A stretch of 64,000 nucleotides of DNA, from NCBI GenBank assembly GCA_035221665.1, contig CM069150.1, forward strand, positions 31,124,001 through 31,188,000. The letters run 5' to 3'. The first letter of the stretch is position 1, and every line of letters begins with the position of its first letter. Positions 62,591 through 64,000 of the stretch are shown here, piece by piece. This DNA comes from Okamejei kenojei. Its lineage: Eukaryota. Below the pieces are notes generated by a model, which saw nothing but the letters and a program-made list of their open reading frames with translations, ran no database searches and was not told the DNA's origin. Made by a program: the position numbers and the translations under genes.

Positions 62591-63473
62591 AATCATAATT
62601 TTCAGCAGTCTTCTGATTTACTTTAAAATTTTACCTATGACATTGGATTCTTTATACATTAAACTAAAAATCATAATCAGATTGTCAGAAATCCTACGGA
62701 TCATTGGTCCTGCATATGTATTCCATAAAAACCCGCAAGTGTCTAAATCTGATATATTAATTATAAAAAAATAATGCTTGTTAATTAACAGGTGGAAACC
62801 TTTATTAAGTCAGCAGAATAGCTGCTTCAAATGCCACCAAAGTCTGAAGTCATGACCTATGTGTATTCTCAACTACAAGGCATTCCATATTGTGAGCTGT
62901 TTATACTTCTTGGCAAAAACTGCAGAGAATGGACCATAACAAATATCAGTGAACTAAAGTGTATCGTATAATTTCACAGTTGGAAATATTTTTTAATTGC
63001 AAAACTTTTCTGAACCCTTTCATTATAGGGGAGCTCGCCAGATCTTTCCTCAACTCAGCATCTGTCCATGACCAAGAAGAATATGTTCTCTTGAATATTT
63101 TGCTCTGTTATTGAAGTTGAAACTTGCAATCAAGGCTGTTAGGCATTGTAGGATAACATGGATCCAGATTGAATCAATGTAATTGTGTTTTTTAGCATAA
63201 TTGATAAGCCAAACAACTTTCCCTCCACAATCCAAGGAACATTCCTATTCATCTCAAAAGAATAAAGTTCATTTTGTGGTTTACTCCGTCATTGTATCAG
63301 CCTTTTGTTCATTGATTATATCTTCCATTTACTTACATATGAAATCATTTTAGAAATGTGGATTACATTTGTGCAAATTAATCATTTTTTCCAGCATAAT
63401 TAAAATTGTAAAATGAGTGTAAAATGGAAACTTCAGTGATTTGTTTCAAAATACTGGTTGCACCAATACTTCA

Positions 63474-63752
63474 AAACATAGAAACATAGAAAATAGGTGC
63501 AGGAGTAGGCCATTCAGCCCTTCGAGTCAGCATCGCCATTCATTGTGATCATGGCTGATCATCCAAAATCAGTACCCTGTTCCCATATCCCTCGTTTCTT
63601 AAGAGCTACAGTATATCTAACTCTCTTTGGCAAACATCCAGTGAATTGGCCTCCACTGCCTTCTGTGGCAGAGAATTCCACAGATTCACAACTCTCTGGC
63701 TGAAAACGTTTTTCCTCATCTCAGTCCTGAATGGCCTACCCCTTATTCTTAC
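63474..63752 (-). mobile_element. CR1 3' end
   Basis: (aaacatag)n tail at left; ggcagagaattccacagattcacaactctctgg is the reverse of QRVVNLWNSLP. Confidence 0.85.
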
Positions 63753-64000
63753 AATGTTATTTATTTAATGTTACTAACTTGTACCTAAAAATTATTTTGT
63801 AGCTGTGAGAAGAATGGTATGTGGCTCATGAAGTGCCCTGATGTACATTCACTGTGAAAATACACATCTAAAGCACAGGTCAAGGGTTGAATTTAAGCTT
63901 GTATGTTCTGGATGAGGTAAAATGAACAGGAAAAACATATCTGGTTTGACAGGAATATAAATCGGCACAGGGAAATGCCAACTGTTGCATTGAATTATTA

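Noticed and set aside
1384-63235. The remaining ~190 short ORFs in the track
   Set aside because: Mostly 60-130 aa with alternative starts, overlapping repeats or microsatellites, with no recognisable domains or exon structure.

Overview
Vertebrate genomic DNA, almost certainly a cartilaginous fish and probably a skate or ray, judged from its HE1-type tRNA SINEs, CR1/HER1-type LINE tails and repeat landscape. It holds the last coding exon and 3' UTR of AURKA (+) facing a complete three-exon FAM210B gene (-, 199 aa, ~42 kb first intron, CpG-island promoter near 55 kb), the same tail-to-tail arrangement as in human. Almost everything else is transposon-derived: HE1-like SINEs, CR1, Rex1/Babar, RTE-X and L1 fragments, Penelope-type repeats, several MITEs and one Gypsy fragment. 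Top finding: a 130-nt mini-retroposon at 17321-17450 with a 12-bp TSD and an (AAG)n tail, whose first 54 nt fold by eye into a complete minimal HDV/CPEB3-type self-cleaving ribozyme; the element's 5' end coincides with the predicted cleavage site. Also notable are a Gypsy insertion that flips strand exactly at the end of its 18-nt PBS and sits in a ~150-bp target duplication, many Penelope-type minimal hammerhead cores, and a foldback element with a 32-bp subterminal repeat. All structures were folded by eye, repeat family names come from motif recognition rather than database searches, and boundaries of old repeats are approximate.
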